Assembly: GCA_965215565.1 (NCBI GenBank) | Contig: CBDCDZ010000001.1 | Coordinates: 1 to 24,108 of the forward strand | DNA: 24,108 bases | Direction: 5' to 3' | Source: Trueperaceae bacterium | GTDB lineage: Bacteria > Deinococcota > Deinococci > Deinococcales > Trueperaceae | Shown: one piece after another, positions 1-8,784 of the stretch | Position numbering within the stretch: the stretch's first letter is position 1 | Layout of the letters: the number at the start of each line of letters is the position of its first letter | Position numbers and translations under genes: made by a program | Notes under the pieces: generated by a model | What the model was told of the DNA's origin: nothing | Database searches by the model: none | What the model saw: the letters and a program-made list of their open reading frames with translations, nothing else

Positions 1-35
1 GGCTTGTGATAAACAGGTCGTGCTTTTTGCTGAAC

Positions 36-71
36 ATGTGCCGATTATGTGCCAACTGTTTTTTGTGTGCC
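36..71. repeat. Short direct repeats (A/G)TGTGCC x3, candidate integrase arm-type binding sites near an att site
   Basis: ATGTGCC at 36-42 and 47-53 (11 bp period) and GTGTGCC at 65-71, directly downstream of the integrase stop codon. Confidence 0.5.
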
Positions 72-1237
72 TAGTTGTAAGCTCGAGCCCCGTCGTTCGC
101 CCCTCGGGGGAACAGCATTGCGTCGAGCTTGTTAGCCGCCTCGTCCTGCATCCCCGGTAGAACGTGGGAGTAGGTGTCAAGCGTCAGGGTGATGCTCGAG
201 TGTCCTAAACGCTCGCTGACGATCTTGGGATGCACCCCCGCCTTGAGTAGCAGCGTAGCGTGCGTATGGCGCAGGTCGTAGAACCTCACCGTCTTGGAGA
301 GCCCGGCGGCCTCGAGCGCGGGCTTGAAGTGCCGATTCACCACGTTGCGCTCGTTTAAGGGCGTGTCGTTCAGGCTCGGGAATATCAAATCGCTCCGGAA
401 GGGCTGCGCCGCCTGGTGCTCCAATAGGAGCGCCACGAGGTTAGCCGGTAATTTGATGGTGCGGCGGCTCTTGGGGGTCTTTGGGGTTTTGAAGTTGTGC
501 TTGCCCCCTACCGTCTCGAGGGCACGCTGCACCGTGAGCGTCGCCCGCGCCGGGTTGAAATCTTTCCACATGAGCGCCAGCGCCTCGCCTGGTCTCAAGC
601 CCGTACCCAACATCACCGCGAACAAGACGTGAAAGCGGCTGCCCCGCGCCGCCTCGAGCAAGCGCCCCGCCTCATCCTGTGAGAGGGCCAGCATTTCCTT
701 CTTCTGCTGCTTGGGTAGGTCTACATATTGACACACGTTCTGGGTGAGCATCCGCCACTTCACCGCCTGCTTGAGTGCCCCCGACAGAACCCGGTGGGTG
801 TTAATCACAGTACGCGGTGTGAGCCCCAACCCGTTCCGCTCCTTGGGCGCGAGCATCGTGGAGTAAAGCCCCTGCACCTCGATGGGTGTGAGCTTCGTAA
901 GCTTTTTCTTCCCGACCGCCGGGAAGACGTAGCGCGTCAGCACCCCCTCATAGTCGTTCAGCGTGCGCCGGGTGAGTTTGGGACGCGCCGCCGTCTCCAG
1001 CCAGTGCTCGAGGTAACTCCTCACCGTCATGGTGGTGGGTTTGAGTAAAAGCTCACCCATATCCAGCTTGTGAAGCATTGCGGTGCGTACCTTCTGGGCT
1101 TCTTTATCGGACTTGGAACGGGTAACGACTTTCTCGTTCACGTAGACGCGTTCGCCCGTCTCCGGGTCCCTACCTGTATAAACCCTTACCAGAAAGCCGT
1201 ACTTGCGTTTGAGAATTTGCCCGCGTGAGTCAGCCAT
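71..1237 (-). CDS. int: Tyrosine recombinase / phage-type site-specific integrase
   Basis: Catalytic motifs GTGLRPGEALAL (R), TPKT (K), FYDLRHTHAT (Y in place of the first H of HxxR), LGHSSI and TLDTYSH (Y). N-terminal arm-binding-like (VRVYTGRDPETGER) and SAM-like domains. Start set at ATG 1237 because an AGGAGG RBS precedes it and it overlaps the upstream stop. Confidence 0.95.
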   Translation of the reverse strand: MADSRGQILKRKYGFLVRVYTGRDPETGERVYVNEKVVTRSKSDKEAQKVRTAMLHKLDMGELLLKPTTMTVRSYLEHWLETAARPKLTRRTLNDYEGVLTRYVFPAVGKKKLTKLTPIEVQGLYSTMLAPKERNGLGLTPRTVINTHRVLSGALKQAVKWRMLTQNVCQYVDLPKQQKKEMLALSQDEAGRLLEAARGSRFHVLFAVMLGTGLRPGEALALMWKDFNPARATLTVQRALETVGGKHNFKTPKTPKSRRTIKLPANLVALLLEHQAAQPFRSDLIFPSLNDTPLNERNVVNRHFKPALEAAGLSKTVRFYDLRHTHATLLLKAGVHPKIVSERLGHSSITLTLDTYSHVLPGMQDEAANKLDAMLFPRGANDGARAYN

Positions 1238-1466
1238 TATTTGGTTCCTCCTGGTACTCGAGCAAATCTGCAACGTTTATCTGCTGGCCGGTCAGTTCAC
1301 GCAGTGCGCGGATAGTGGCGTCTAGCGTCGCTGTATCTACGCCATTGGCCTCGCCGTTCACGATGCGATAGATGGTGCCCTGCGCCAGTCCAGACTCTTT
1401 CATTAGGCGGTAGGGGGTCAGGTCGTGGGTGTCTAACAACTCTTTAAGCTTCCACTTTATCGGCAT
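1230..1466 (-). CDS. Cro/C1-type (XRE, HTH_26-like) transcriptional regulator
   Basis: IKWKLKELL...LTPYRLMKESGLAQGTIYRI...VADLLEY pattern. Start is uncertain (1466, 1475 or 1502); TAAGAT 7 nt before ATG 1466 favours a leaderless start there. Confidence 0.85.
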   Translation of the reverse strand: MPIKWKLKELLDTHDLTPYRLMKESGLAQGTIYRIVNGEANGVDTATLDATIRALRELTGQQINVADLLEYQEEPNNG

Positions 1467-1492
1467 CAGCGCCATCTTATCACCTCGCGGTA

Positions 1493-1534
1493 ATATTACC
1501 ATCTATTGACATATATGTCAATAGATGGTAATAT
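1493..1534. promoter_or_regulatory. Perfect 42-bp palindrome encoding TTGACA-N17-TAATAT promoters on both strands; probable operator/switch
   Basis: ATATTACCATCTATTGACATATATGTCAATAGATGGTAATAT is its own reverse complement. On +, -35 is at 1506-1511 and -10 at 1529-1534; the mirror image is on -. Confidence 0.85.
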
Positions 1535-1601
1535 AAAGCATCAGAGCGGTACACCCGCCAAGATGATCCGCTCTGAAATTCCGCAGATGAAGGGAATCAA
1601 G

Positions 1602-1916
1602 ATGGACTTTACCAAGCTCATCACCCGCAATCAATACGAACGCTTAGCCAAAGCAAAGGGGTACAAGAACGCTTACCTGCTTTCGTTCGAAGAACTCGAG
1701 CGCATCGCAACCGAGGGCGAAGAGGAAGCGAAAGCCCTGTACAAGCGGGCTAAGGAGTTAGAGGCGCAAGAACGCGCCTCTCTCCCCGCCTCTTGGGTGC
1801 TCATTCCCTCCGGTAGCGATATCGAGGTCATGGCCGACCGTGAAGAGGAGCTTCAAGCTCTCTTTACCGAACTGGCAGAAGAGGAACTCGAGCCCGTGTG
1901 GAAGGTGGCGGCGTAA
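1602..1916 (+). CDS. Hypothetical protein (104 aa), first gene of the divergent transcript
   Basis: GAAGGGAA RBS-like sequence before ATG 1602, downstream of the palindromic promoter; TAATG coupling to the next ORF. Confidence 0.7.
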   Translation: MDFTKLITRNQYERLAKAKGYKNAYLLSFEELERIATEGEEEAKALYKRAKELEAQERASLPASWVLIPSGSDIEVMADREEELQALFTELAEEELEPVWKVAA

Positions 1917-2257
1917 TGGCCGCTCCTTCTCTCTCCTGTAGGCTCGAGACCTCTGCTCACAGCTTGAATGACGCGAAGTGCTCACACCTCGGGGCCGTCG
2001 TCGCCCATGCCGAAGCTAAGCGGGCGTTAGAACTCGCACAGGCGCGACTCTTGGTTGATGGGGTAGCGGGTGCAAATAAGGAACAGCGAGAGGCGGTGAT
2101 GCGGCTCGAGCTTAGCGCCCTACACGACGCCTTAGCGGAAACAGAGGACGCGCTAGCGGATGCTAGGTGCTCTCTTGAGTGCGCCCAACTCGAATGGGAT
2201 TTGACGCGGTATCAGGTGCGGGCTCTGGAAGTCGCCACGTTAGACAAAGCTGCGTAA
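1916..2257 (+). CDS. Hypothetical helical/coiled-coil protein (113 aa)
   Basis: TAATG overlap with the previous gene; Ala/Leu/Glu-rich heptad-like sequence; followed by a hairpin. Confidence 0.65.
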   Translation: MAAPSLSCRLETSAHSLNDAKCSHLGAVVAHAEAKRALELAQARLLVDGVAGANKEQREAVMRLELSALHDALAETEDALADARCSLECAQLEWDLTRYQVRALEVATLDKAA

Positions 2258-2280
2258 GGGTGAGGCGTAAAGCCCCACCC
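2258..2280. terminator. Hairpin between convergent genes (possible terminator)
   Basis: GGGTGAGGC-GTAAA-GCCCCACCC; fully paired (with one G-U) on the minus strand; poor U tract. Confidence 0.45.
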
Positions 2281-3770
2281 TACACCCTCGCCTCTGGCTC
2301 CAACTCTTCTATAATCTCCCGAAACGCTTCTAACGCGCTCTCTAAATCCTCGATGATGCTCGCCGCCAACACCTCGGGCGGCGGCAGGTTGGCGCTCTCC
2401 TCCAGGCTCGAGTCCTTGAGCCAGAAAATATCCAGGTTGGTCTTGTCGCGCGCGGTGATGTCCTCAAAGCTGAAGGGCTTGAAGCGCTCGCTCTGGATAC
2501 GCTCATGGCGCTTGTCCGGCTTGTAGAGGCTCACGAAGTCGTCTAAGTCGCTACGCTTCAGAGGGTTCGTCTTGAGCGTAAAGTTGATGTTGGTGCGGAA
2601 GTCGTATACCCACACCGTCTCAGTCCAGGGGGCCGACCTGCCGGGCTTGCGGTCGAAAAAGAGCACGTTCGCCTTGACACCCTGCGCATAGAAGATGCCT
2701 GTGGGGAGTCTCAGCAAGGTGTGAACGTCGCAGGTCTTGAGGAGGTTTTGGCGCACCTTCTCGCCCGCGCCCCCTTCAAAGAGCACGTTGTCAGGCACCA
2801 CCACCGCCGCCGTGCCGTGAGGTTTGAGCATACTGACCACGTGCTGCACGAAGTTGAGTTGCTTGTTTGAGGTGGTGACGAATCCTTCACGGCTGATGTG
2901 CTCGGTCTCGCGCCTTAAGTTCCCTTCGGCGTCCACGATGGTGATGCTGCTCTTGCGCCCAAAAGGGGGGTTGGTCAGCACGAGGTCGAAAAGCCGGTTA
3001 GGTTCTCGCTCGAGCGCGTCCCGGTTCTCTATCAGCGGCGTCTCGTCCTCGGGCAGCTCGAGCCCGTGCAAAAACAGGTTCATCGCGCAGAGCCGCACCA
3101 CCCCCGGCACGATGTCCACCCCGTAGAGGGAGCGCTCGCGCAAGAAGCGGTCTTGCTCGCGGGTATAGCTTTTAACCCTTTCGGGGTCGGCTAAGTAGGT
3201 GTAGGCCGCCAAGAGGAAGCCGCCCGTACCGCAGGCGGGGTCGGCGACCGTCTCGCCCACTTTGGGACGCATCACGTCCACCACCGCGTCAATCAGGGGC
3301 CGCGGCGTGAAGTATTGCCCCGCGCCGCTCTTCACGTCCTGGGCGTTGCGCTCTAGGAGGCTTTCGTACAGGTCGCCCTTGACGTCGGCCTCTAAGCTCA
3401 TCCAGGTTTCTTCGTTGATGAGGCTCACTACGCGCTTGAACAGGACGGGGGTGGTGATGCGGTTCTGGGCGTCTTTGAAGATGAGCCCCAAGAGCCCGCC
3501 CTTTTTGGAAAGCGCGTCTAACACCTTGACATAGTGACTCGTTAGCTCCGCACCCTTGTCGAGACGCTCGAGCAGACTTCCCCAACCGTACTCGGGCGGG
3601 ATGCCCGTCTCTTCGCCCGCGATGTCGCGCCGCTCCTGGGCCATCTTGAGAAAGAGCAGGAGGGTAATCTGCTCTAAGTAGTCCCCATAACTCAGCCCCT
3701 GGTCGCGTAAAACATGCGCCAAGTTCCAGACCTTGTTGCCGAGTGCTGAGGCTTGCCCGCTCTGGCTCAC
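2280..3770 (-). CDS. hsdM: Type I restriction-modification N6-adenine methyltransferase subunit
   Basis: GAGQYFTPR, motif I DPACGTGG, motif IV NPPF, LRLPTGIF; HsdM N-terminal domain (VWNLAHVLRDQG..YGDYLEQIT). Confidence 0.95.
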   Translation of the reverse strand: MSQSGQASALGNKVWNLAHVLRDQGLSYGDYLEQITLLLFLKMAQERRDIAGEETGIPPEYGWGSLLERLDKGAELTSHYVKVLDALSKKGGLLGLIFKDAQNRITTPVLFKRVVSLINEETWMSLEADVKGDLYESLLERNAQDVKSGAGQYFTPRPLIDAVVDVMRPKVGETVADPACGTGGFLLAAYTYLADPERVKSYTREQDRFLRERSLYGVDIVPGVVRLCAMNLFLHGLELPEDETPLIENRDALEREPNRLFDLVLTNPPFGRKSSITIVDAEGNLRRETEHISREGFVTTSNKQLNFVQHVVSMLKPHGTAAVVVPDNVLFEGGAGEKVRQNLLKTCDVHTLLRLPTGIFYAQGVKANVLFFDRKPGRSAPWTETVWVYDFRTNINFTLKTNPLKRSDLDDFVSLYKPDKRHERIQSERFKPFSFEDITARDKTNLDIFWLKDSSLEESANLPPPEVLAASIIEDLESALEAFREIIEELEPEARV

Positions 3771-3994
3771 GCGGCCTCGGTTCCCAAAACCGACCTCTCA
3801 ACGAGCGCCTGTGAAATGGTGATGGTGCCCTCGGCGAGTCGCTTTCTGGCGTTCAGCACCTCGATGGACAGCGGTCTGCCGAGCCGGTTGTAATCCACCA
3901 CCAGCCCGTTCTTTAGCCGCTCGCTGCGCGCCACCTTGCCTTTGTGCAGCACGATAATCATGGCGTCCGCCTGTTCGTCAAACAAAATCTTCAC
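3767..3994 (-). CDS. DUF2283-like protein (putative antitoxin)
   Basis: MKILFDEQADAMII...LVVDYNRLGRPLSIEVLNA matches the DUF2283 pattern; GTGA overlaps on both sides. Confidence 0.8.
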   Translation of the reverse strand: MKILFDEQADAMIIVLHKGKVARSERLKNGLVVDYNRLGRPLSIEVLNARKRLAEGTITISQALVERSVLGTEAA

Positions 3995-4266
3995 CGTCTT
4001 CCTCCCTTCCGTTTCGCCTCGCGCCTTACCGACACGAGCACGATGGTTTCAAGCTCGAGCCCTCTATCCTGGGGCCGTTCGTCCGCATAGCGCCACCACA
4101 CTTTGATGACGTTGCCCGCGTCCGTCTCCCGCTCCGAGACGTAAAGCCCGTCGTCTTCGTCAAAGTATTCGTCGTCGGGGTCTTCGACCGTCTTGAGAAT
4201 CTGTGCCTCCGAGACCCGGCGCGCCCCGATGTAGTAGCGGATGTGGTTGGTGAAATGGTAGCGCAC
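3991..4266 (-). CDS. DUF4258/RelE-fold-like protein (putative toxin)
   Basis: YHFTNH...RRVSEAQILKTVEDPD...IKVWW...IVLVSV resembles DUF4258; sits directly upstream of a DUF2283-like gene, the usual pairing. Confidence 0.7.
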   Translation of the reverse strand: MRYHFTNHIRYYIGARRVSEAQILKTVEDPDDEYFDEDDGLYVSERETDAGNVIKVWWRYADERPQDRGLELETIVLVSVRREAKRKGGRR

Positions 4267-4307
4267 AACCTCGAGCCCCCTTCCGCGTAGCCAAGCCCCC
4301 GCACCCT

Positions 4308-5768
4308 TCAGCCCCCAAACAACTTAGGCTGCTCAGCCGCCGTTGACCCCTTGGCCTCTCCCCGCTTGCCCTTCCCACCCGCCGTCGCCGCCTCACGTTC
4401 GGCGCGGATGCGCTCCAGGAGCACGCTGGCGGGTTCGTCGTTCGGGTCTTGGGGGACGAGGAGGCCGCTGAAGGCTTTTTTAAGGAGGGATTGGCGGAGT
4501 GATTCGGACTGTTGAAGTTTTAGCTTGATTACCTCTTCTAAACCATCGGCGACAGAAAATTGGCGGTTGATTGCTTCAACAATGTAGCATTGTTCTTCTT
4601 CCGGTGGCAATGCAACTTCTAGCTCTTTAATGTTTGTCAGGTTTAAGCCTGGTTTGCCAGCTCCATATGCCGCGTCTTCTAAATGACGGCGTCCATGCTC
4701 AGGAGACACAACATACGCATACAAGTAAGGGGATAATTGAGTGAAGCTAGGGCGAACGAGCGCGACATGCTGATTCACATATGCTTCGTCTAGCTCAACC
4801 TCAACAAAAGCACTCTTTGTAACATTGGCACCAGTGATAGTGATTAGCAAATCACCCTTATGGACTCGGGTTCTTCTACCTTCTACACCGCCTGGTAGAT
4901 TCACGAAAGCAACATCTGAAAGGTCTAGTCTATCTTTGTTAATGTTTTGAGCCCGAATAAAAATTGCGCCTTCGTCGGCATAATATTCTGCCCAACCGCG
5001 GGAGCCACTTGTAACCTGGTGCGTAAGCTGGTCTAAAGTTGCGTTACACCAAGCTTCTGGTATGCGGTCAGCTCGTCCATTTTTAGGCTCTACTGGGGCT
5101 TTGTATGTTCCTTCCCACTTCCTGCGCCGCTCGGCAAGAATTCGCTCGAGTAACCTCTCCGCAGGCTCGAGCCCCTCCTTGTTCTCCTCTCTCCATGCCC
5201 TGCTCAACTCCCCTTCGACGGCGGCTTTGAGCACGGCGCGGCGGTAGTTCTTGAGCTTTTCTTGTGCGGCTTGGAGGGCTTGGGTGGCTTTGTCGAGTTC
5301 GCTTAGGAGAAGCTCGAGCTTTTCGACGATACGTTTTTGTTCGTTTGAAGGAGCAATTAAAATGTCTGCGGCGTACGCGTCATCACGGCTCAAACTTGGG
5401 ATAGCTGTTGACTTATCAAGGGTGTTTAGATTTAAGGTCTTGAGGTTGTAAAAGAGGTAAGCAAGGTCGATACCTCTTGGCGGCTCCACATAGTATGCCG
5501 TGTCTATTGTCCAACAAGGTACTTTTGATAAATGAACTTCGCCTGCCGCGCCTTTTCGTCCAATCACTATGCAGGCTGTGCTATTCAGAGGCTCAGAATG
5601 ATAACCCGTTGCACCGCTGGAGCTGTAAACAGGTACTTCGCCTGATGAATTCCTATCCTTCTTCGGTAGTGATTTGCCATACTCGAGCGTTAAAAAATCT
5701 CCTACCTTAATCTTTACCCAACCCTTTGGTACCGGTTCAACTACTGCCTCCTCAACAACATTACTCAC
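4308..5768 (-). CDS. hsdS: Type I restriction-modification specificity subunit
   Basis: Two TRDs (starting PKGW and PEAW) separated by conserved helical regions (PSNEQKRIV, PPEEEQ, LKAAVEGEL, LKKAFSGLLVPQDPNDEPASVLLERI); GTGA overlap with hsdR. Confidence 0.95.
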   Translation of the reverse strand: MSNVVEEAVVEPVPKGWVKIKVGDFLTLEYGKSLPKKDRNSSGEVPVYSSSGATGYHSEPLNSTACIVIGRKGAAGEVHLSKVPCWTIDTAYYVEPPRGIDLAYLFYNLKTLNLNTLDKSTAIPSLSRDDAYAADILIAPSNEQKRIVEKLELLLSELDKATQALQAAQEKLKNYRRAVLKAAVEGELSRAWREENKEGLEPAERLLERILAERRRKWEGTYKAPVEPKNGRADRIPEAWCNATLDQLTHQVTSGSRGWAEYYADEGAIFIRAQNINKDRLDLSDVAFVNLPGGVEGRRTRVHKGDLLITITGANVTKSAFVEVELDEAYVNQHVALVRPSFTQLSPYLYAYVVSPEHGRRHLEDAAYGAGKPGLNLTNIKELEVALPPEEEQCYIVEAINRQFSVADGLEEVIKLKLQQSESLRQSLLKKAFSGLLVPQDPNDEPASVLLERIRAEREAATAGGKGKRGEAKGSTAAEQPKLFGG

Positions 5769-8494
5769 GCCGTCAGTTCCTTGTTAAGCTCAGCCACAAT
5801 CTCGAACAGCCTATCTCCAAACACCTGCACCGCCTTGTAAATCCCTCCCTTGGGCTTGAAGCGCGTGTGCTTGAACGCCTCCCGCGTCATCTCGAGCGAG
5901 GTGGCGATGTGCTCGGCGATGAGAACCAGCCACGCCTTTTGCTCGTCGGTAAAGGTCACGCCCTCCCCCTCTTTGCGCTCGAGCCACGCCCCAAACTTGT
6001 GCTTCACCTCGTCCTCGAAGGGCAACAGCGTGTCGCGCTTGCCTATCTCGAAACGTATCAGGCTCACTAAGTCGGTAAGCTGGCGGCTCGGGGTCTGGCG
6101 CGTGACCCGCTCAGGCTCGAGCTGCGCCACGGTGCTCCAGAGGACGGGGGCGCTCAGCTTCGCACCCCTTAGCGCGGCGTCCAGGTCCTCGACGGCTTGC
6201 AGGGTGAGGCCTTTGTCGGCGTAGGGCTGGCTATAGAGAATCTGCAAGGCGATCACCTTGTCACGGTTCTCCCGCAAGAACTCCCGGAAGCTCCCGCGCA
6301 GCGCCGTGGCCTTTTCGGTGTCCACGCCGCTGTAGAGCACCTCGTCTTTGCTCACGTGGTCGTAGACGATTTCGTCGTCGGGGCGCTCGAGCAAGGCTTC
6401 CCTAAGCTCCGGGGAGGCGGCGAGGGGCCGGGCGGCGCGGTCGGCTGCGTTTGAGTAGGTGCTGTTGAGCTGGGCTTCGGTGGGGCTGTCGGTGCGGTGC
6501 TCTTCTCTGGCACGCTCGAGGATGAGGTCGGGGTTGGTCGCGTCGATGAGGTCTTTGCTGAGTTCATGGAGAGGCTTACCCGCCAAGCGCTCGACCGTGG
6601 CCTGTTGGGTCTCGCTCAGACGCCCCTCCAAACGCTTCAGGCGGGTGGCGGTGGTTAGAAGCGTGTTCGCGTCCAGCTTGCCGCTGGCGAGGCGTCCTAG
6701 GAGCTTCCGCAGGGGGACGCTCGGCTCGCGCTCGGTGCTGCCGGTCTCGACCTTGGGGTTGTCGGTCACGCCTACGGCGTCTACCAGCACGAAGAAGTCT
6801 TTGCTCTCGGCGTCTTCACCCACGATGGCTTTGAGCTTGCCCGAATCAATCACGCGCACGCCGCGGCCTTTCATCTGTTCGTAGTAGCCCAAGGATTTCA
6901 CGTCGCGCATGAAGAGGACGACCTCGAGCGGCTTGATGTCGGTGCCTGTGGCTATCATGTCCACGGTCACGACGACGCGGGGGTCATAGGCGTAGCGGAA
7001 CTTCTCGAGGCTGTCATCGGGATTATCCGCGCGGTAGGTGACTTTTTGGCAGAAGGGGCCGCTCTTGTCGAACTCCTCTAACACCACCTTGCGGATGTTG
7101 TCGGCGTGCGCGTCGTTTTTGGCGAACACGAGCGTTTTGGGGAGGTCTTTACGGTCTGGAAAGAGCCCCGGCGCCACCCGCTTGAACTCCCGTACAACGG
7201 TACGTATTTGGTCCTCGGCCACCACGCTGTTGTCTAGGTCTTTGCCGCTGTAGGTGGTCGTGTCGTCCACGGCGCCCCAGCGCTCGGCCTTGGTCTTGCG
7301 GTGCTTGTGCCGGTAGGTGAGGTAGTCCGAGCCGACAAGCTCGCCGCCGCCCTCGGTCATCTTCGTACGGATGCGGTAGACGCGGTAGGGCACGTTCACG
7401 CCGTCGCGCACCGCGTCTTCGTGGGTGTACTCGCTCACGACGTTTTGGTCGAAAAAGCCGTAGGTGCCCGCGTGCGGGGTGGCGGTTAAGCCCACGATAA
7501 AAGCGTCAAAGTAATCCAGAACGCTCCGCCACTTGTTATAGATGCTGCGGTGGCACTCGTCCACGATGATGACGTCGAAATAGTCGGGGGGCAGGTCCTT
7601 GTTAAAGCCCACGGCGACAGGTTTGCCGTCCTCTTCGCGTTCGAAGCTCGAGCCCTCGTCCGCCTCCTCGGGTAGGTCTTTCCCTTGCAGGATACCGTAG
7701 GTGCGCTGGATGGTGGTGATGACCACCTGGGCTAAAGGGTCGATGGTGTTTCCCCTAAGCAGTTGGGTCGTGTAGAGCTCGGTGAATTTGCGGGGCTCGC
7801 CGACAGGTTGATAATCCTTGAACTCTTTTTCGGCCTGGATGCCCAAGTTCTTGCGGTCCACCAAGAAAAGGATGCGCTTGGCCCCGGCGTGCTTGATGAG
7901 CCGGTAGCAGGCGGTGATGGCGGTGAAGGTCTTGCCGCTCCCCGTGGCCGCCTGGACGAGCGCCCTCGGTCTCGCTTCGGAGAGGGAGTGCTCGAGCCCT
8001 TCGACGGCGCTCGTTTGGTTGTCGCGCAGGCCCGTTTTATCGAGCGGGGGTAGGCACTTGAGCTTGGCGCGCAGGGTGTTTGGTTCGTGGAGAAGCTCGA
8101 GCAGGCTCTCGGGGCTGTGGAAGGTGAAGACGCGGCGCTGTCTTGGCGCAGGGTCGCGCAGGTCGCGGAACATCGTTTTGCTGCCGTTGGACTCGTAGAC
8201 GAACGGCAGGGGGTTCTGCCAGTGAACGGTGCCGTAGTCGAAGGTCTCGACGTAACGGTTGGACTGGTCGTCAATGCTTTCCGGGTCCTCGTCGGCGCGC
8301 TTGGCCTCGATAACGCCAGCGGCGCGACCGTCTACGAACAGAGTGTAATCCACTGGGCCGCTGCCCGTCTGCATCTCCCGGACTGCAACACCCAGCGCTG
8401 CGTAACGGTTCATTTCAATGCGGTTCTGGATGGTCCAGCCGACTTGCTCGAGGAGCTCGTCTATATCTTGGCGGGCGCGTTGCTCAGGTGTCAT
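5765..8494 (-). CDS. hsdR: Type I restriction endonuclease/translocase subunit (EcoEI-like R)
   Basis: Nuclease motif DYTLFVDGRAAGVIEAK; SF2 motifs ATGSGKT, FLVDR, DECH, TATP, QMKGRGVR; C-terminal FTDEQKAWL...GG helical domain. Confidence 0.95.
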   Translation of the reverse strand: MTPEQRARQDIDELLEQVGWTIQNRIEMNRYAALGVAVREMQTGSGPVDYTLFVDGRAAGVIEAKRADEDPESIDDQSNRYVETFDYGTVHWQNPLPFVYESNGSKTMFRDLRDPAPRQRRVFTFHSPESLLELLHEPNTLRAKLKCLPPLDKTGLRDNQTSAVEGLEHSLSEARPRALVQAATGSGKTFTAITACYRLIKHAGAKRILFLVDRKNLGIQAEKEFKDYQPVGEPRKFTELYTTQLLRGNTIDPLAQVVITTIQRTYGILQGKDLPEEADEGSSFEREEDGKPVAVGFNKDLPPDYFDVIIVDECHRSIYNKWRSVLDYFDAFIVGLTATPHAGTYGFFDQNVVSEYTHEDAVRDGVNVPYRVYRIRTKMTEGGGELVGSDYLTYRHKHRKTKAERWGAVDDTTTYSGKDLDNSVVAEDQIRTVVREFKRVAPGLFPDRKDLPKTLVFAKNDAHADNIRKVVLEEFDKSGPFCQKVTYRADNPDDSLEKFRYAYDPRVVVTVDMIATGTDIKPLEVVLFMRDVKSLGYYEQMKGRGVRVIDSGKLKAIVGEDAESKDFFVLVDAVGVTDNPKVETGSTEREPSVPLRKLLGRLASGKLDANTLLTTATRLKRLEGRLSETQQATVERLAGKPLHELSKDLIDATNPDLILERAREEHRTDSPTEAQLNSTYSNAADRAARPLAASPELREALLERPDDEIVYDHVSKDEVLYSGVDTEKATALRGSFREFLRENRDKVIALQILYSQPYADKGLTLQAVEDLDAALRGAKLSAPVLWSTVAQLEPERVTRQTPSRQLTDLVSLIRFEIGKRDTLLPFEDEVKHKFGAWLERKEGEGVTFTDEQKAWLVLIAEHIATSLEMTREAFKHTRFKPKGGIYKAVQVFGDRLFEIVAELNKELTA

Positions 8495-8501
8495 TTATTT
8501 C

Positions 8502-8507
8502 AGTCTA
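8502..8507 (-). promoter_or_regulatory. -10 box TAGACT 7 nt upstream of the hsdR ATG (probable leaderless transcript)
   Basis: Minus strand reads GCGA-TAGACT-GAAATAA-ATG; no Shine-Dalgarno sequence. Confidence 0.5.
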
Positions 8508-8784
8508 TCGCACCTGGTTCTCCTACCCCTTCGGAAACTTCACCAGTGAGCGGCTACGCGTCCACGGCTGGGCTACCGAGAACGCTTAGAGAAGAAAGAA
8601 CATCCTTTTACGCTTTTGTCTTTGGCGGCTTAGCAGTCACGCGCCCCGCCCCTCGAACCGGGCGAGGATAACCCCGGAGGTGTGAATCAACTCGTCAAAG
8701 GAGGTGCGGCTGTACCCGAGCCGCTGCGACTCCTGAAAATAGAAGAGCCTGTGCATTGTCGCCTTTGGCCGACACCTGGTATTT

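Noticed and set aside
1506..1601. N-terminal extension of the 136-aa ORF starting at TTG 1506
   Set aside because: That TTG is the -35 box of the promoter; the RBS-supported start is 1602.
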